Assembly: GCA_030248215.1 (NCBI GenBank)
Contig: JASANG010002214.1
Coordinates: 310,001 to 374,000, forward strand
Reading direction: 5' to 3'
Source of the DNA: Enoplolaimus lenunculus
Lineage: Eukaryota
DNA length: 64,000 nt
Of the stretch, positions 11,806 to 24,748 are shown one piece after another. How positions within the stretch are numbered: the stretch's first letter is position 1; the number at the start of each line of letters is the position of its first letter. A program made the position numbers and the translations under genes. The notes under the pieces are model-generated. The model saw only the letters and a list, made by a program, of their open reading frames with translations. It ran no database searches and was not told where the DNA came from.

Positions 11806-12590
11806 ACAAGCTCTATAAAGTGGTGAAAGTTACAACCGTTAAATTACATAGCTAACGGGAAAAAAGTGCTGAACCAAAATGGAAAATTTCGTGCACTTTC
11901 TGTAACGAGTTTTTTGACCGTAACTACTGAAGGCCACGCTCTTTTCGCAAATCCTTTGGCACAGATATTCCCGACGGACCAGTGTAGCAGTGTACAAAAT
12001 TTAAACGAAATAGGTCTGCTATTACTTGAGTACCAACATGCAAACTAAACTGAAAATACGCACTTGAGAAGCGCAAACCATATATATGAACACTATCGTG
12101 TTCATATGATTATTATGAACTGCCTGCTCTTTTTTTTCTATTATCCATACGGCTTTATTATTGTTTGCGCCTGTAACAGAATGTATCAAACATTTAACAA
12201 AGGTTTGAAATTGTGAAAATTATAAAGAATAATTTGGGAATTGAAATTAAATAAAATAAAATTAGTGAGAGAAACATTTAATTCCTTTTTATATGTAAAA
12301 TCCTGTATATAAATTGGCAACCAAATTAAAGTTTTAAAGTCGGCCGCACATCCACACGCGGTACGAAACTCTTTCATATCGTCGTCCAATGACAAAATTT
12401 TTTTTTGTTTGACTACAAAATGTTTTGTTTCGTATACGTGAAAGTTCAAAAAAAATACTAAATATTAACAGATATTTTCTGCACCAGCAAAGATATTATT
12501 TTGACGCTCAATTCAAACTCACTCTTTGTATTTAGGAAGACCATTAAAGAACATTGACGGATCGAGAAATTACTGATCGACGGGGGCTGC

Positions 12591-12653
<63 letters not shown>
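12591..12653. repeat. (AAT)n microsatellite
   Basis: Read directly. Confidence 0.95.
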
Positions 12654-12655
<2 letters not shown>

Positions 12656-13941
12656 CTTCGCGAACGAGAAGCCAAACTTAATTTCAGTTTTAAAATCTCA
12701 ATAAAAAGTTTTGGTGTGTATAAAAAGTTTACTTCAGCCAGGGTATCCGATTTAAGCGTATGGCAATGGCCTGTGCCGGTCCCACTTTGAGAATATTGTT
12801 AGCGATTAATGTAGATTTTCATTGTTAGACGCTTTCTTTGCGATTTTTGAGAAACCACCACATTACCACACAGCGAGTAAACAACAACAGCATCAATTTT
12901 CTCTCTTTCTTTTTTTACTTTGTCAACAAATTTTTTCGCAATTTGAAAATTGAGAGAAAAAAGAGTGAAAGAGAGAACATTCTATCGAAATATTAACACA
13001 GCTACTAGAAGTGAGTATAATCTTGTATTAAAATATTTCGATACAACGAATTTTTAAATGTTTGACACTGTTAAAGGTCATTTTTCTTTTGTTATATTTT
13101 TTTGTTGTGTTGTGTTTATTTTTTTTTGTTTCGACATATCTCGGTTGTACTGGTGTGATTGAAGCAAACGTGAGCGTTTAGTCGTGTTGGTGGTGGTGGT
13201 GGTTGATCGGCTTTTACCAGAAATTCTGACGGTTCACTGGCAGATCCAAGCGCTGCGGGCCGGCCATCCACTCACCCATAGGCCCATCAACAAGGATCAT
13301 AAGTCAGATTTTGTATTCAAATTTAGGGCTGAAACTGGCGTTTGGCTCTGGTTTGCTTATCGCTCCATCGTCAACGATTTCTGAGTGCACCTGCTAGTGC
13401 TGTTTAAATTCTATAACAACTGCGGTATCAACAAACAACAAACAAAAAGTTTATTTAAAAAGAACAAAATCCTTTGTTTGAGAGTCGCACGACGCAAGCC
13501 GTAGTTTAGAATATAATTCCTCTTGAGGTTTGCCCATTTATCCTACTGTCCTAAGGTCAAATGCGACGATAAACTGGTCCATTTAATTTAAACCAGATAT
13601 GAGAAATTATTCGTCAATTTGTGTTATAAGTTGGCCCATAACTGTGAGAACGATGAACCTGTCTGGAAATGTCAGCCCCCAGTAAACGTTTTGGCCATTA
13701 ATTAAAAACGTTTTTTGCCAACCCCCCTTGTAAATTATATTACTATATAAATCGTCTAATAGTATTTTCCTTTCGTTAACTGTTACGACTTTAGGACAAC
13801 ATTGCAGCACAAGAATTCATGGCTAGGAATAGTTTGGTCTGCAGAAACGTATTGATCGCATGTTACATGGTTTGAGCCTGTCGTGTAATATTCTATTATA
13901 ACACAATAGCAATTTTAACGTATTAAAACGTTAATGCAATT

Positions 13942-14117
13942 GACCCATGTTACTTTAAGGGGCGTCCAGGTTTGGTTCTATAAAAGTGTAGGTTTAGATT
14001 CAGGATTATATTTTTTTGCTTAGGCTTAAACTTAGGAACTCATTTTTGCAACGCTTAGGCTTAAGCTTATAGGAATACGCTTAATCTACTGTTACGACCT
14101 TTAAAGTAACATTGGCC
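13942..14117 (+). mobile_element. Telomere-repeat MITE family B
   Basis: GACCCATGTTACTTTAAGGGGCGTCC...AAAGTAACATTGGCC with TTAGGC units. Flanks ATGCAATT/ATGTAATC. Confidence 0.82.
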
Positions 14118-16364
14118 ATGTAATCGATATTTGAACGAAATGTAAACGCACCTTGTGGTGGCTATTCACAACTGGGTGTCACCCCTCGGAAAAGTTTGTA
14201 GGCTTTGTTTGTAAACTCTATTGCTTACAACTCTACACACGTGCAAAGCGGCACCACTGATTCCATCTTTTGAGATTTTATACCCAGAGCCGGTGAAATT
14301 GAAAATGTGTCAATTTCAACAAAATGACAGCTAATATCCGGTGTTGTAACGGTCATTGAGTTAAGTTGTGCTGGTTACACAATCACTACCCGGTGCCCAC
14401 ATATGTGATTTCGGCTCGCTTTTATGCTGGGGCGGGAATTAATGTTTCCTGGCAATACCAATGTACAAATCATTCTGCGAGGTAACAGTAGTGTGAACAT
14501 ATTCCTAATCGAAAGCGTAACAATAAGCCAATACGTAAGCCTAAACAAAAAAATTAGTCTAAAGCGTCAGCTTACTCTATTGCAGTCTCGCGAAAACACC
14601 AGTCTGCACCATAATCTATACATGGACCCCTGGTGGTATACTTTGGTATAAAAGGAATGACCATTGTGGAATTACCTAAACCGGATACAAGAACTATTCT
14701 GTAATATGCTAGGGATGTGGAACAGTCTGCCAACAACGTACCATAAGCTGGTCTTTATCAATGCCGACGTATAAAAGTAGCAATTTACGTTGCTCAAAAA
14801 CTTGAACGGTTCGTTCGACCGTTACCTTGTGTCTCGTATTATTTTCTTAATTTTTAAGTTAAACTTTTCGATTTTTCCTGGTAAAAGCATTTTGTTCGAT
14901 AAAGTTTCACTCGTTCAAGTTTATTTCTCGCTCACTACGCCAATATTGTAAGCTTTTCACGGCGCGTACAGAGAAGTTGGCTTTTGAAATTTTAAATACT
15001 GTATTTAATCTACTGTCTTATTTCTTTAAATACACAACGGCATTTTGCCAGATAGTCTCATTTATTATATTTTATAAATCAGCCACTGTAGAATACTCCT
15101 GATTAATAGCACCAGCTTAAAGTTTTGGACTAAATCGCAACTCACCTGAAATGTCATACATTAATAAACCCTCTTTCTCGTTTTAAACCCTCAAAAAAGT
15201 GTACGCATATGAGTAGAAATTTGAATAATTTCACATATTTTTGTACCCCGGCTTAGCGCAATCAATGAAAAGAGTAAATAATGGAACCGACGCTAAATTT
15301 AACAGAGGGGAAACCGAAAACTCAAAAACTGGGGTACAAAGGCACGTTTTTCAACACTTATTATTAGCCATATTTGACGCATTTTAGTTGCTCATAAACC
15401 TAGAAAACTGTTTTTGGTATTTTCCTTTAGTCATCAACTACTCGTACTGCCCAATTACCCGCGGTCTGTAATGTGTCATAGCGTTTTCGTGCGTTTGCTA
15501 TTGTGCAGTGCGGGAACAGGCTAGGGCGGATGCTCCACCCCAGGCCAAAATATTTTTCAAATTTTTTGTTTAAAATAATGTTTTAGGGTGTGGGTCCCTC
15601 TTTGGGGTGCGGCCTCCAAATGGGCTTAATGGGTGGCTATTCCTCCAGCTCTGCTACTGTGAACCAGTTTATCTGTTTAGCCATCAATGATAGAAATCAG
15701 CAGCATTTCCCTCAATTTCTTTTTTGCTATTCTAAGCATTTTGGTTTTAGTCACATTTCGTCTTTGCTGTGCCCGAGGTGGCTGCCGCATAATTTGTTAG
15801 CGTTTTAGTAGTTTACTACTACATTTTATATACAGGGGTGTAGGTCACGATTTGTAAACGGGTGTTACGTTCTATGAAAATTTTTTGAAACGGGGGTATC
15901 TTGTGTTAGCAGCTGAAAAAGTTCTTAGCTCCCTGGACATGAAATTAGTTAAAGAGAAACTGTTTCACACACAGGCCGTTTCGTCTTGGCTTCACCCTTG
16001 TCCATATAATATGTTCCTTGTAATAGTTCTTGCCAATTGAGAAGTATACATATATTTGGTTCAATTCGTTTTAAAAGGCGGCGAGGTCCTGGTTTAGTGC
16101 AAAGACAAGCTATCGGGCATTTGCCAGAAATGGCCTTTTGGACCTGGATAAATTGAAACATTTCTAAATTGGTAGTCTTTCAGATGCAAAGTTGTGGTTA
16201 AAATTCAACTGATCAGACAGAATGAAATTACTACATGTATGATAGTTCTATAATTGGGTGGCGTATTTGTTTATAAAACAAATACAGCGACTCGCACTTA
16301 TCTGTGATTTCGATTAATACTCACAATAGGAATATTATTGTTGGTTATAGGTCTTGAAACTTTT

Positions 16365-16747
16365 GGCCCACGGAAATGATCAGGGATGATACGTTATTCT
16401 GTGGCGCTGACAGGCCCGAAGCCAAGGGGGCGGGGCGGGAGGGCTCAGCCCCCTGGAAAATTTTGCACCCCCTAGAAAGTTTTCATCCTTGCTTGTAACT
16501 CAATGAAAACCCTTGAATGCCTGCCCCTCCTGAAAAATTATTAGCCCCCCCTAGCAAGGTAAGCTTGCTACGGGCCTGGACGCTGGAATAGTGTAAGCTT
16601 AAGCTTTAGACTATTTTTTTGCTTAGGCTTAGGCTTAGTTATACGCTCATTTTGATTGCGGTTAGACTATAGGTATAAAATCATTCGTACGCTTATTCTT
16701 AAAAATATGCTTATACTACTGTTCCACCCCTGTTCTATACATTGGCC
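16365..16747 (+). mobile_element. Telomere-repeat MITE family A, interrupted by a family D insertion
   Basis: GGCCCACGG...ACATTGGCC ends. The family A core resumes after 16578. Confidence 0.8.
16411..16578. mobile_element. MITE family D nested inside family A
   Basis: CAGGCCCG...CGGGCCTG, with 8-bp flanks GGCGCTGA/GACGCTGG. Confidence 0.85.
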
Positions 16748-16992
16748 AAACCTTCGAACCAGCTAAATGTAATTTTTACGAAAATTTGCATTTGGTTTGC
16801 AAATGAAACATATCCTGTTTTGTGTCAAAATTATCTGTGACAATTGTAGCACGTTTGGACGAAATCCTATCAAGGATTTTAGATGAATAACGATTTATAC
16901 AATAGAGAATAGTGACCCCCTCAATACGGAATTGTTAGTACAAGAAGCGAAAACTTTTAGCTTAGGAACTAAAATTTTGCTGACAGTTTTAA

Positions 16993-17715
16993 ATGCTTCG
17001 AAAAAATGTTCGACCAGGAGGTTGCAAAGATTCCGCTAAAAGCATCTCTTTTGCGTCCGAAGTTGCTGCCCTATCCTGTTATATCGTGGAGCAAGGTCCA
17101 AACTCCGGCGGCTCAGATGCAATTAGACAGTCAGGAGACGAATCACGAGAACCGAGTGGACACTCCCCAGAATCGGGAACGGTACGAATTTTAACACTTA
17201 AAATTCCTTTCTAGGGATCCCACACGGGTTTCCTCAAGAAGCAATTGCAAAAATTGTTTACCCAATTTTTCAGTGATTCTAACATTCAAATTAGAATAGT
17301 TGTGTATAATTATGTGAAAATTGGTAATTTTTTTAGAATAAAGGATAAAATTCCGTTGCTGCTACGTGCTAACGTGGTTTACCAATTTATTTGTTCCAAC
17401 TGTCAGTTGGACTACATTGGTTCAACCAGTCGCCAATTATTTAAACGCGTTTGCGAGCATCAGCAACTCTCAGATCGAACACTTATGCCCACTGAGTCTA
17501 GCCTGAAATTCAAATCCGCAATTTCGGAGCATTGTCTTAGGTGCTGTCATACGTGTAAATCGGACGAATTTTCGATTCTTTCTGCCTCTCCAAGGCAAAC
17601 TTCGGCTTCAATGTCCAATTTTGCCTTGCATATTCTAGAGTCGCTCTTCATACGCAATTTACGCCCTAAATTAAATGTGCAGAGCAACATGTATAGTTTC
17701 AAAGTTTTTGGCTAA
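16993..17715 (+). mobile_element. 5'-truncated Penelope-like retroelement fragment: GIY-YIG endonuclease domain
   Basis: The peptide KDKIP...NVVYQFICSNCQLDYIGSTSRQLFKRVCEH...SAISEHC...FSIL...ILESLFIRNLRPKLN matches the Penelope GIY-YIG pattern. It is in frame with the upstream LKIPF segment across one TAG at 17212-17214. No RT core is seen. Confidence 0.88.
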
Positions 17716-17771
17716 TTTCCGCCTAGGTTATCTCGGTTCACGGTGTCTATATTATTAGTCTCGACCTAATC

Positions 17772-17804
<33 letters not shown>

Positions 17805-18175
17805 CCCGAATCTGTTAGGATTCACAAGCTTAAAGCGGCTACTTTCCTTCGCTGGTCACACTGTTCTGTGACCACTGACCGAATATTGCCCAACCTTTAA
17901 AACCTGCGAATTTCCGGTAATAACGTGCCGCAGATTAATTATCTTTTCGTAACTTATAAGAGCTTATATTTATTTATGTGTGTTTAATATTTCATTACAC
18001 CTGACACCAGAAGCAAAGTTATTCAAGCGTTCGCTTTCAGCTAAAGTTCCTGCAATGTTTACGTTCAAGTTTGAGGTAGCGGTTTCCAAGCATGGATAGC
18101 GATGAAAAGTTACGGTTTACTTGAAAATACTACAGTTGGATATATCTGTTTTTGTAAAGATATATTAGATAATTT

Positions 18176-18288
18176 GGCCAATGTAAAAAGAACAGGGTCG
18201 GAAAGCAAAAAAAAATTAGTCTAAAGCTTAAGCTTACACTTTTATAGTCCCACAGAAAAACGTTCCGCCGCTGATCTTTACATGGGTC
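18176..18288 (-). mobile_element. MITE family A, internally deleted (no TTAGGC core)
   Basis: Both TIRs present (GGCCAATGTAAA / TTTACATGGGTC). Flanks GATAATTT/GATAAATT. Confidence 0.8.
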
Positions 18289-18615
18289 GATAAATTTTTA
18301 CATTCGAGTAGAATTGTGTTAAGATTATATTAATGTAAGTTGAAATCAGTGCCATAGACTGGATTTTTGAAACGGCTCAAATTCTACAAAACCATCTAAA
18401 CGAGGTTTCTTGTGTTGTCAGCTGAAAACGTTTCTAAAACGCATGCATAAAAATTACAAAGGGCGGTTGTGATTGATAGCTCTAAGCACCTGGGTTACGC
18501 CTTTGATCCAGCCGTATGGATCCTTTGAGTTAAAATTATTGAAATTCGCTTTGGTAAACTTAACTGTTTGAATGACAAATTATTTAAATAGTTTAAGCGC
18601 TTTAACTCACAGGTA

Positions 18616-18773
18616 CAGGTGCGTAGCCAGCTCACCTTGTGAGAAATAGCTAAAAAATCTTTCAGGAGGGGCATACAAGAGTTTTTCGTACACTTTACAA
18701 GCAAGGTTGAAAATTTTGTAGTGGGGTCAAATTTTTCTATGAGGGGGGCTGAGTTCTCTTGGCTACGTGCTCG
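18616..18773. mobile_element. MITE family D
   Basis: CAGGTGCGTAGCCAG...TTGGCTACGTGCTCG, with the shared D core. Confidence 0.8.
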
Positions 18774-19295
18774 AACAGTGTACAAATGCAAGGCTGTTTT
18801 TAGTTAGTTTTCTGACGATTTACGGGTCTGACTTTGATTATATGTATACAGCTTCAACGAGTGCCATTTGTAAATTACTTACACAGAATAGTTGGCACAT
18901 TTTTCACTATATGCTAACGGTTTTTTTGACCCAATTGTTAGTCTCGGGTTCGATTTCTAAAAACACGATTAGGTAAACTAAAAATGAAAATTATTCTAAT
19001 CTTAGAAACGCCTAGCTGACCAATAGAAATATGCGCTTTCATGCGTATCGTCCTGGCTCGTTGCCGGAGTAATATATTGGCAAAGACCAAAACACTTTTC
19101 ACCAGAGACAAACGGCAATTTCAACTCATGACTCGAACAACCGGGGGTAAAATTTTTTGGGGAAGGCCAAAATTGTACGACGGTTGGGAGTTGAACCCAC
19201 TTTTGCCTACCCTTGGATTCGGGCTCGGTATCCACTACAACGAAACAAGCTTGCTCTATAACGCCAATATTAAGTCTAAACTGGATATAAATAGG

Positions 19296-19499
19296 TGCCC
19301 AAGTTACTTTAAGGGGTGTCCAGGTTTCTGGTGAGTCCATAAAACAGTATATAAGTTTGGATTCTAGATTATATACATTTTTTGCTTAGGCTTAGGATTA
19401 GGCCTAGGCTTAGGAACACTTTTTTGCACCGTTTAGGCTAAGGTTTAGACTTAGGAATACGCTTAATCCACTGCTACGCCCCCTAAAGTAACATTGGCC
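19296..19499 (+). mobile_element. Telomere-repeat MITE family B
   Basis: TGCCCAAGTTACTTTAAGGGGTGTCC...TAAAGTAACATTGGCC, with several TTAGGC-like units. Confidence 0.82.
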
Positions 19500-19971
19500 T
19501 GTATGCAGTTATAGAGCCAGCATTTTCAAGGCTTCAACTCATTTAGGTTTTATGCTTTAATAAATTTAAATAATCAATTTTAGACAAAATATTAAGATAA
19601 ACATATGGTGAGTTTGAACTATAAATCCCCGTTTGCAATAGTAATGAAATGTGATTGGTAGCTATGGAAGAACAATCTGGATACGTATTTTAGGATCCAA
19701 GGGATTTCTTTTCTAATCCAGACGGACACTGCGGATAATTTTTTGGGGCATTTGCACACTTCCTCATTTAAGTTGTCAAAACTGTTTGATTTTTGGTGTA
19801 ATTTCGGCTTAGGCTTAAACTTTAAAGCTTGTTTTGAAAGTACACAACTGCCGATTGTTGTATCAGCGGTTTCACATTGTGAAAAACTAAACGTTGGTAT
19901 GCGCCATAAGCGCTAGGAGAGTTTCGACTTTGAAGGCTCTGTATATATCCAAAATTCAGTTGAAAGTTTTT

Positions 19972-20142
19972 GGCCCAGAAAAAGATCAGGGGCCGAACGT
20001 TTTTCTGTGGGACTAGAAAACAGTAAGCTTAAGATTTAGACTATTTTTTGCTTGGATTAGGCTTAGGAATATGCACATTCTTACGCTTAGGCTTAGGAAT
20101 ATGCTTATAATACTGTTCCGCCCCTGTTTTTTTGCATTGGCC
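19972..20142 (+). mobile_element. Telomere-repeat MITE family A
   Basis: GGCCC...CATTGGCC, with AAAGTTTTT on both sides. Confidence 0.85.
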
Positions 20143-20479
20143 AAAGTTTTTATAACGAATTTTTATTTTGACTGTTTAAGAGACCCATAAAATGTTTGAA
20201 TATTTGTTCAGTTAATATTTTGAAATTAAAATTTGCAAAAATTTTAGTTTTTAACAAAATACACAAAAGTAATTTTTTCGAATTCAAAGTCGTAGTACAT
20301 GACTCAGCCATAGCTATTATCCGCATTCAAAAATACTCGCCAAACACCCGAGAAGACTAGTTGCGATACGGCATTTGAGTAAAGTTTGAGACTATCCGTC
20401 AGTAGTGGATCTAGGATTTCTCGGTGAGGGTGCGGGTGTCCGATGTTAACTTCGACAGGCACGTTTTACACGAAACTTT

Positions 20480-20624
20480 GGCCCATGTAAAGTTCAGGGG
20501 CGGAACAACTGTCTGTGGGCTATAAAAGAGTAAACTTAAACTTTAGACTATTTTTTGCTTGGCTTAGGCTTAGGCTTACAAATATGCTTACAATACTGTT
20601 CCGCCCCTGTTCTTTACATTGGCC
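20480..20624 (+). mobile_element. Telomere-repeat MITE family A
   Basis: TIR GGCCCATGTAAAGTTCAGGGGCGGAACA / TGTTCCGCCCCTGTTCTTTACATTGGCC; exact TSD GAAACTTT. Confidence 0.9.
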
Positions 20625-21670
20625 GAAACTTTTAACATCTTTCGTAGTTGTTATTTAGTTGTTAAAAATTTATGACGCTTGCATTTTGATGGGTGGCTCT
20701 GATCCCTGTATCCGTCCTTGATATCCGTATGCAAGCGTATAAAATGTTTTCACTCCGTTTGAATTGAAGCTTGCAGTTGTTTGGATATTGCACGAAATGT
20801 TTTTACAGTGACATTTGAACGAACAACGGCTTTAAACTTGTCAAGTGTTTTGAAGTTTTATACCAAAAGTTAAGCTTAAAAGTTTAAAGTGTCATTGTTT
20901 AAAATTTTCGCAGACAGTTCTTGTTCGTTCACATGTCACAGTGTTGTTCTCGGGTACAAATTTTAAAGCTAACAACGACTGCGTTCAGTGTTGAGTTTGT
21001 TTGATCGTAAAAAATTTCGTTCATTCCATGATTAGCCAGCTTATAAAATTTGCATAACCAATGCGTTTAAAAGTTAAGGAAGCGGTACCGATTCAACGCG
21101 CAGTGGCCCTCCAGTTCGCATTGCCGGACCACTGAGCATCGTAGTTTATTCAAATGAAGTTGCCCTTGGGGTCGTACTTTGTAATTCCCAAAAAACTGTC
21201 GGTCGAAGACGGTTCGGATTACAGGCGACCTGGCATTGAAGCATAAAATGCCTGTGATCAACTCTTGGATTCAAAATTAACGTTTTTCGACGAGTTTGCA
21301 TTCAAAAATTTGTGTTTCCAATTAGTTTCCACGGAGCAGATGGTTTAAACCAAACCACTATCACTAAACAGAAAACCACCCCGTTTTATTCTCAACGGCT
21401 CGAGTTTAAGGTTTCGTAGGAGACCCGGGTAACCAGGGACACCAATCCTGGCTGTCGTGTCGTTATCTGGTTCACGATACTGGATGGTTATGTAGCGCTA
21501 TTAATACAGGTTCATGCTGAGAATTTTCCAATTATATGTTGGCCATACACGAATACGTAACGTCTACATCCACCGAAACTAAAAGCGTAGTTTCCGTTTA
21601 TAGACAAACCCATTTCGTCATACAACGTATGAGTTTAGCGTAGACATGAATTACTCGCCTAATGGTTGCG

Positions 21671-21959
21671 GGCCCATGTAACGATCAGGGGTGCAACGTT
21701 TTTCTGTGGGACTAGAAACGAGTAAGCTTGAGCTTTAGGCTAATTTTTGGCTCGCTTAGGCTTTAGGCTTTGGAATATGCTCATTAATACGCTTAGGCTT
21801 AGGCATAGGCTTTAGGAATATGCGTATAATACTGTTCCGCGGTTGCGCTATACTTTACTGTGTCGGATGCCGCCGCACGTCGCCATGCGTTGCTAACAAA
21901 AATAGAGGCAAAATCTCTTTGGTGGCGTGCGGCGGCGTGTGGCGAGTATTGCGGAAGCC
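21671..21959 (+). mobile_element. Family A MITE truncated at about 21840 and joined to a family G MITE
   Basis: The family A left TIR and TTAGGC core run to ACTGTTCCGC, followed immediately by GGTTGCGCTATACTTT (the family G TIR). Confidence 0.75.
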
Positions 21960-23020
21960 TAATTATGCATTTTTTAATCGTAAATAGTCTTTGGAACACG
22001 CATACGTGCTCATGGTACGGGGGCATGGACGACACCAGAACATTTGGTAGGACAGTGAACGTAGTCCTTTTGAGTAAAACGTAAAATAGGACAAAAATAT
22101 AATGCCACGAACCTATATTTTTTCTCTAACTGCCGTTATAAAAGTTACGTAGGATACACTGGGATTGCAGCATTTATAACGCAATTTTAACTTATGCAAT
22201 TGATTTCTCGCTTGCTTCGCTCTCAAGTTTTTCTAAAATTTCCATGAAAAATTCAGGCCAATTTGAAATCAAAAGCACAATTTTGGTGCTAAATTTCAAA
22301 GAAAAAAACTGGTTTTGATTCCTGATAACGCTGATTCGGTGGATTCCCCTTGGATCCGCCTCTGTCTGTCAGCCAATTAAACAATGCAAAATTTATGACC
22401 AAATTAAACAAGAAAAATTCAAAAAATACTACTGCAAATAAAGGTTGAAACGATTACTAATTTGTCGTACTCATTCGAATCAACAAATCATATTTAATGT
22501 AAGCAAATTGAAATCAATTCTTAAGACCTCGTTCGTGGAGGTACAATTTAAAAATTTAAATTGATTATTTGTGACAAAAATTTGAAAATATTGATATTTG
22601 ATGATTCGTTGCAGTCATTGTTGACCAAAAAATTATCTCACATCTTACATTTTACGGCAGTGGTTAAGGCCACTGTTTCAATCTAAAAACTCCATCTCGG
22701 TTTCTGTGACCCGCAGTTTAGTAGCGTTTTGAGAAATATTTGACAGAGCAGTTGGAATCACTGGAGATTAACACGGTTACTTCAAAAATATCATTTCGAA
22801 ATATTCAACTATTTTTATCCGTTGCCTGTTTGCGAAATTGTCCGCATTTTTCGAACTTTTAAATTAATGTTTTCGAATGACTGTCTTTTAAATGTTCGAA
22901 TGCGAAGCAAGGCATAACCCATGCAAAATTTTCAATGCGAAAACAACTGTATCGTCCCAAATTTGATTTGAAAATATAAATATTTGTTGATTCTCATCAA
23001 CCATTGTTGATTATGGATAC

Positions 23021-23191
23021 GAATTTACGACAATTTATCGCCAGACAACTTGTCTCCCAACAGTGTCCAAGAGCCTATAAACACTAAGCGTATAACAATC
23101 CTACGCCTAAGCATAATGATATAGTTGACTAATTGTCGTGTCGATGAAATTTCGGATTACAATTTGGTGGGCAACGAATTGTCGTGATACC
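23021..23191 (-). mobile_element. Telomere-repeat MITE family C (9-bp TSD)
   Basis: GAATTTACGACAATT...AATTGTCGTGATACC with degenerate CCTAAG units. Flanks TATGGATAC/TATGGAAAC. Confidence 0.8.
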
Positions 23192-23330
23192 TATGGAAAC
23201 ATTAAAAATCTCCTCGTAGACGTCTTATATTTCACGCATATAAAGACTCTTAAAACTAAAATTCAGATTTGCTTCCGATCCCCTAGCTAACATTGTACTA
23301 TTTATTTATTTATATATACACACATACATA

Positions 23331-23703
23331 CAGTAGCGGATCCAGGATCTCAAAATGGGGGGGCAAAATTTCACATGTAATAAACTTATTTTTGACCCAT
23401 AGTGTAGTGACCCAAATAAGGGGGTCCCCATTTTGAGTCGCAATTAATAGGAGTCCGTATCCCTAATAAGAATCCGTAAGCGGGTAGAGTCCTTAAACCC
23501 TTGTTTAGAGTCTACAAATGTCTATTATCCCTAATTGTAGCGCATAAATGACTCCAGGGCCAAGAACCTTTAAAGCGTGGTTATACTATTGTGTATAAAA
23601 CAGAGAAATAACAGCGTAGAACAGCAATTGGCACTATATAATTTTTGTCGAGATGCTGTTGGGGGGCCACGGCCGGGGTGTCCCCCCCGTGGATCCGCCA
23701 CTG
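23331..23703. mobile_element. MITE family E (hAT-like) with a nested family F fragment
   Basis: CAGTAGCGGATCCA / TGGATCCGCCACTG; exact TSD CATACATA. About 23401-23570 matches the left part of 9619-10106. Confidence 0.88.
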
Positions 23704-24055
23704 CATACATACACACACATATGTATAATATATATATTATATATATATACCATTAACGTTTTAAATAATTTGATATGATTTTCATCAAGTTATTATGTAG
23801 TATGCTACAAGTAAGCCAGTGGATATACGCTAAAATGTTTGAATCACTGGCTGTGATTTGTAGCGTTTTGCCGAAATGGTGATTATCGACTTAGAACAAA
23901 AGCTTAAATTTCCCACTTTTCCGCTAACATTTGCTGGTATTTTAATATTAAGTATTATAAAAATTGCTGAAATTTTCTTTCCATCGACGAATACGATCGA
24001 AGATGTAATGATTGGTTTATGCGAAACTTTTTTGTACGGATGATTTGTTTAAAAC

Positions 24056-24224
24056 CAATGGCGGATCCATGGGGGGCCACCCCGGCCGTGCCCCCAACAG
24101 CGTCTCGACAAAAATTATATAGCAATTTTGTGACAATAGTTCGTGGTTTGTGTGCGGGTCAAAAGTAAGTTTATTACCTGTGAAATTTTGCCCCCTCCAT
24201 TTTGAGATCCTGGATCCGCCAAAG
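24056..24224. mobile_element. MITE family E (hAT-like)
   Basis: CAATGGCGGATCCA / TGGATCCGCCAAAG; exact TSD TTTAAAAC. Confidence 0.88.
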
Positions 24225-24748
24225 TTTAAAACAGTTTTGATTTGGCAAGTAAAAACATCACCGAATGTTGAATCTGGTCCAGTGTTTGCTGAAATTACAT
24301 CATCAAATTTCGAACCTGAGTAAACGTTTCAGATTACAAAACAGGTTCGTTTTACACTGTATATAGGGATGTCAGTTGGGTCCAAAAAATCAGCGAAACG
24401 ACGGAATATGAAACGCATTGTTTTGAACTCAGTATTTCCAAAAAACTTTAGTTTAGAATTGAGTATAGTCTTTAAATTAATTTTATCATCAAACGCCGGA
24501 TTTTCTCGCCCGGGTGCCTCCAAGCGGATGATTTTGAGCGCACGGCCCTACAACTACTCAGAACTTATTTAATATGATGTATTTTAAGTAAACCATCGTA
24601 TTTGAAGTTTTGTCTCAAATTAAAGTAAGATTCCCTTCTTTTAAATACTTACGAAGGAAACTGATCCATTGGTGGACTTCCCGTGTTCACAGTTTTCGAA
24701 AATTTCAGATTTTGGCATAATACAGGCTAGGATTAGGCTTAAGCTTTA

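Noticed and set aside
11113..11855. ORFs of 157-219 aa (VKPTVG, TVGFTP, VSPQ repeats)
   Set aside because: They are open in several frames on both strands because the 18-bp unit lacks stops. No supporting splice signals were identified.
17716..18010. Hammerhead ribozyme in the Penelope 3' region
   Set aside because: A hairpin followed by CTGACCGA is suggestive, but the CUGANGA...GAAA core with correct stems was not found by eye.
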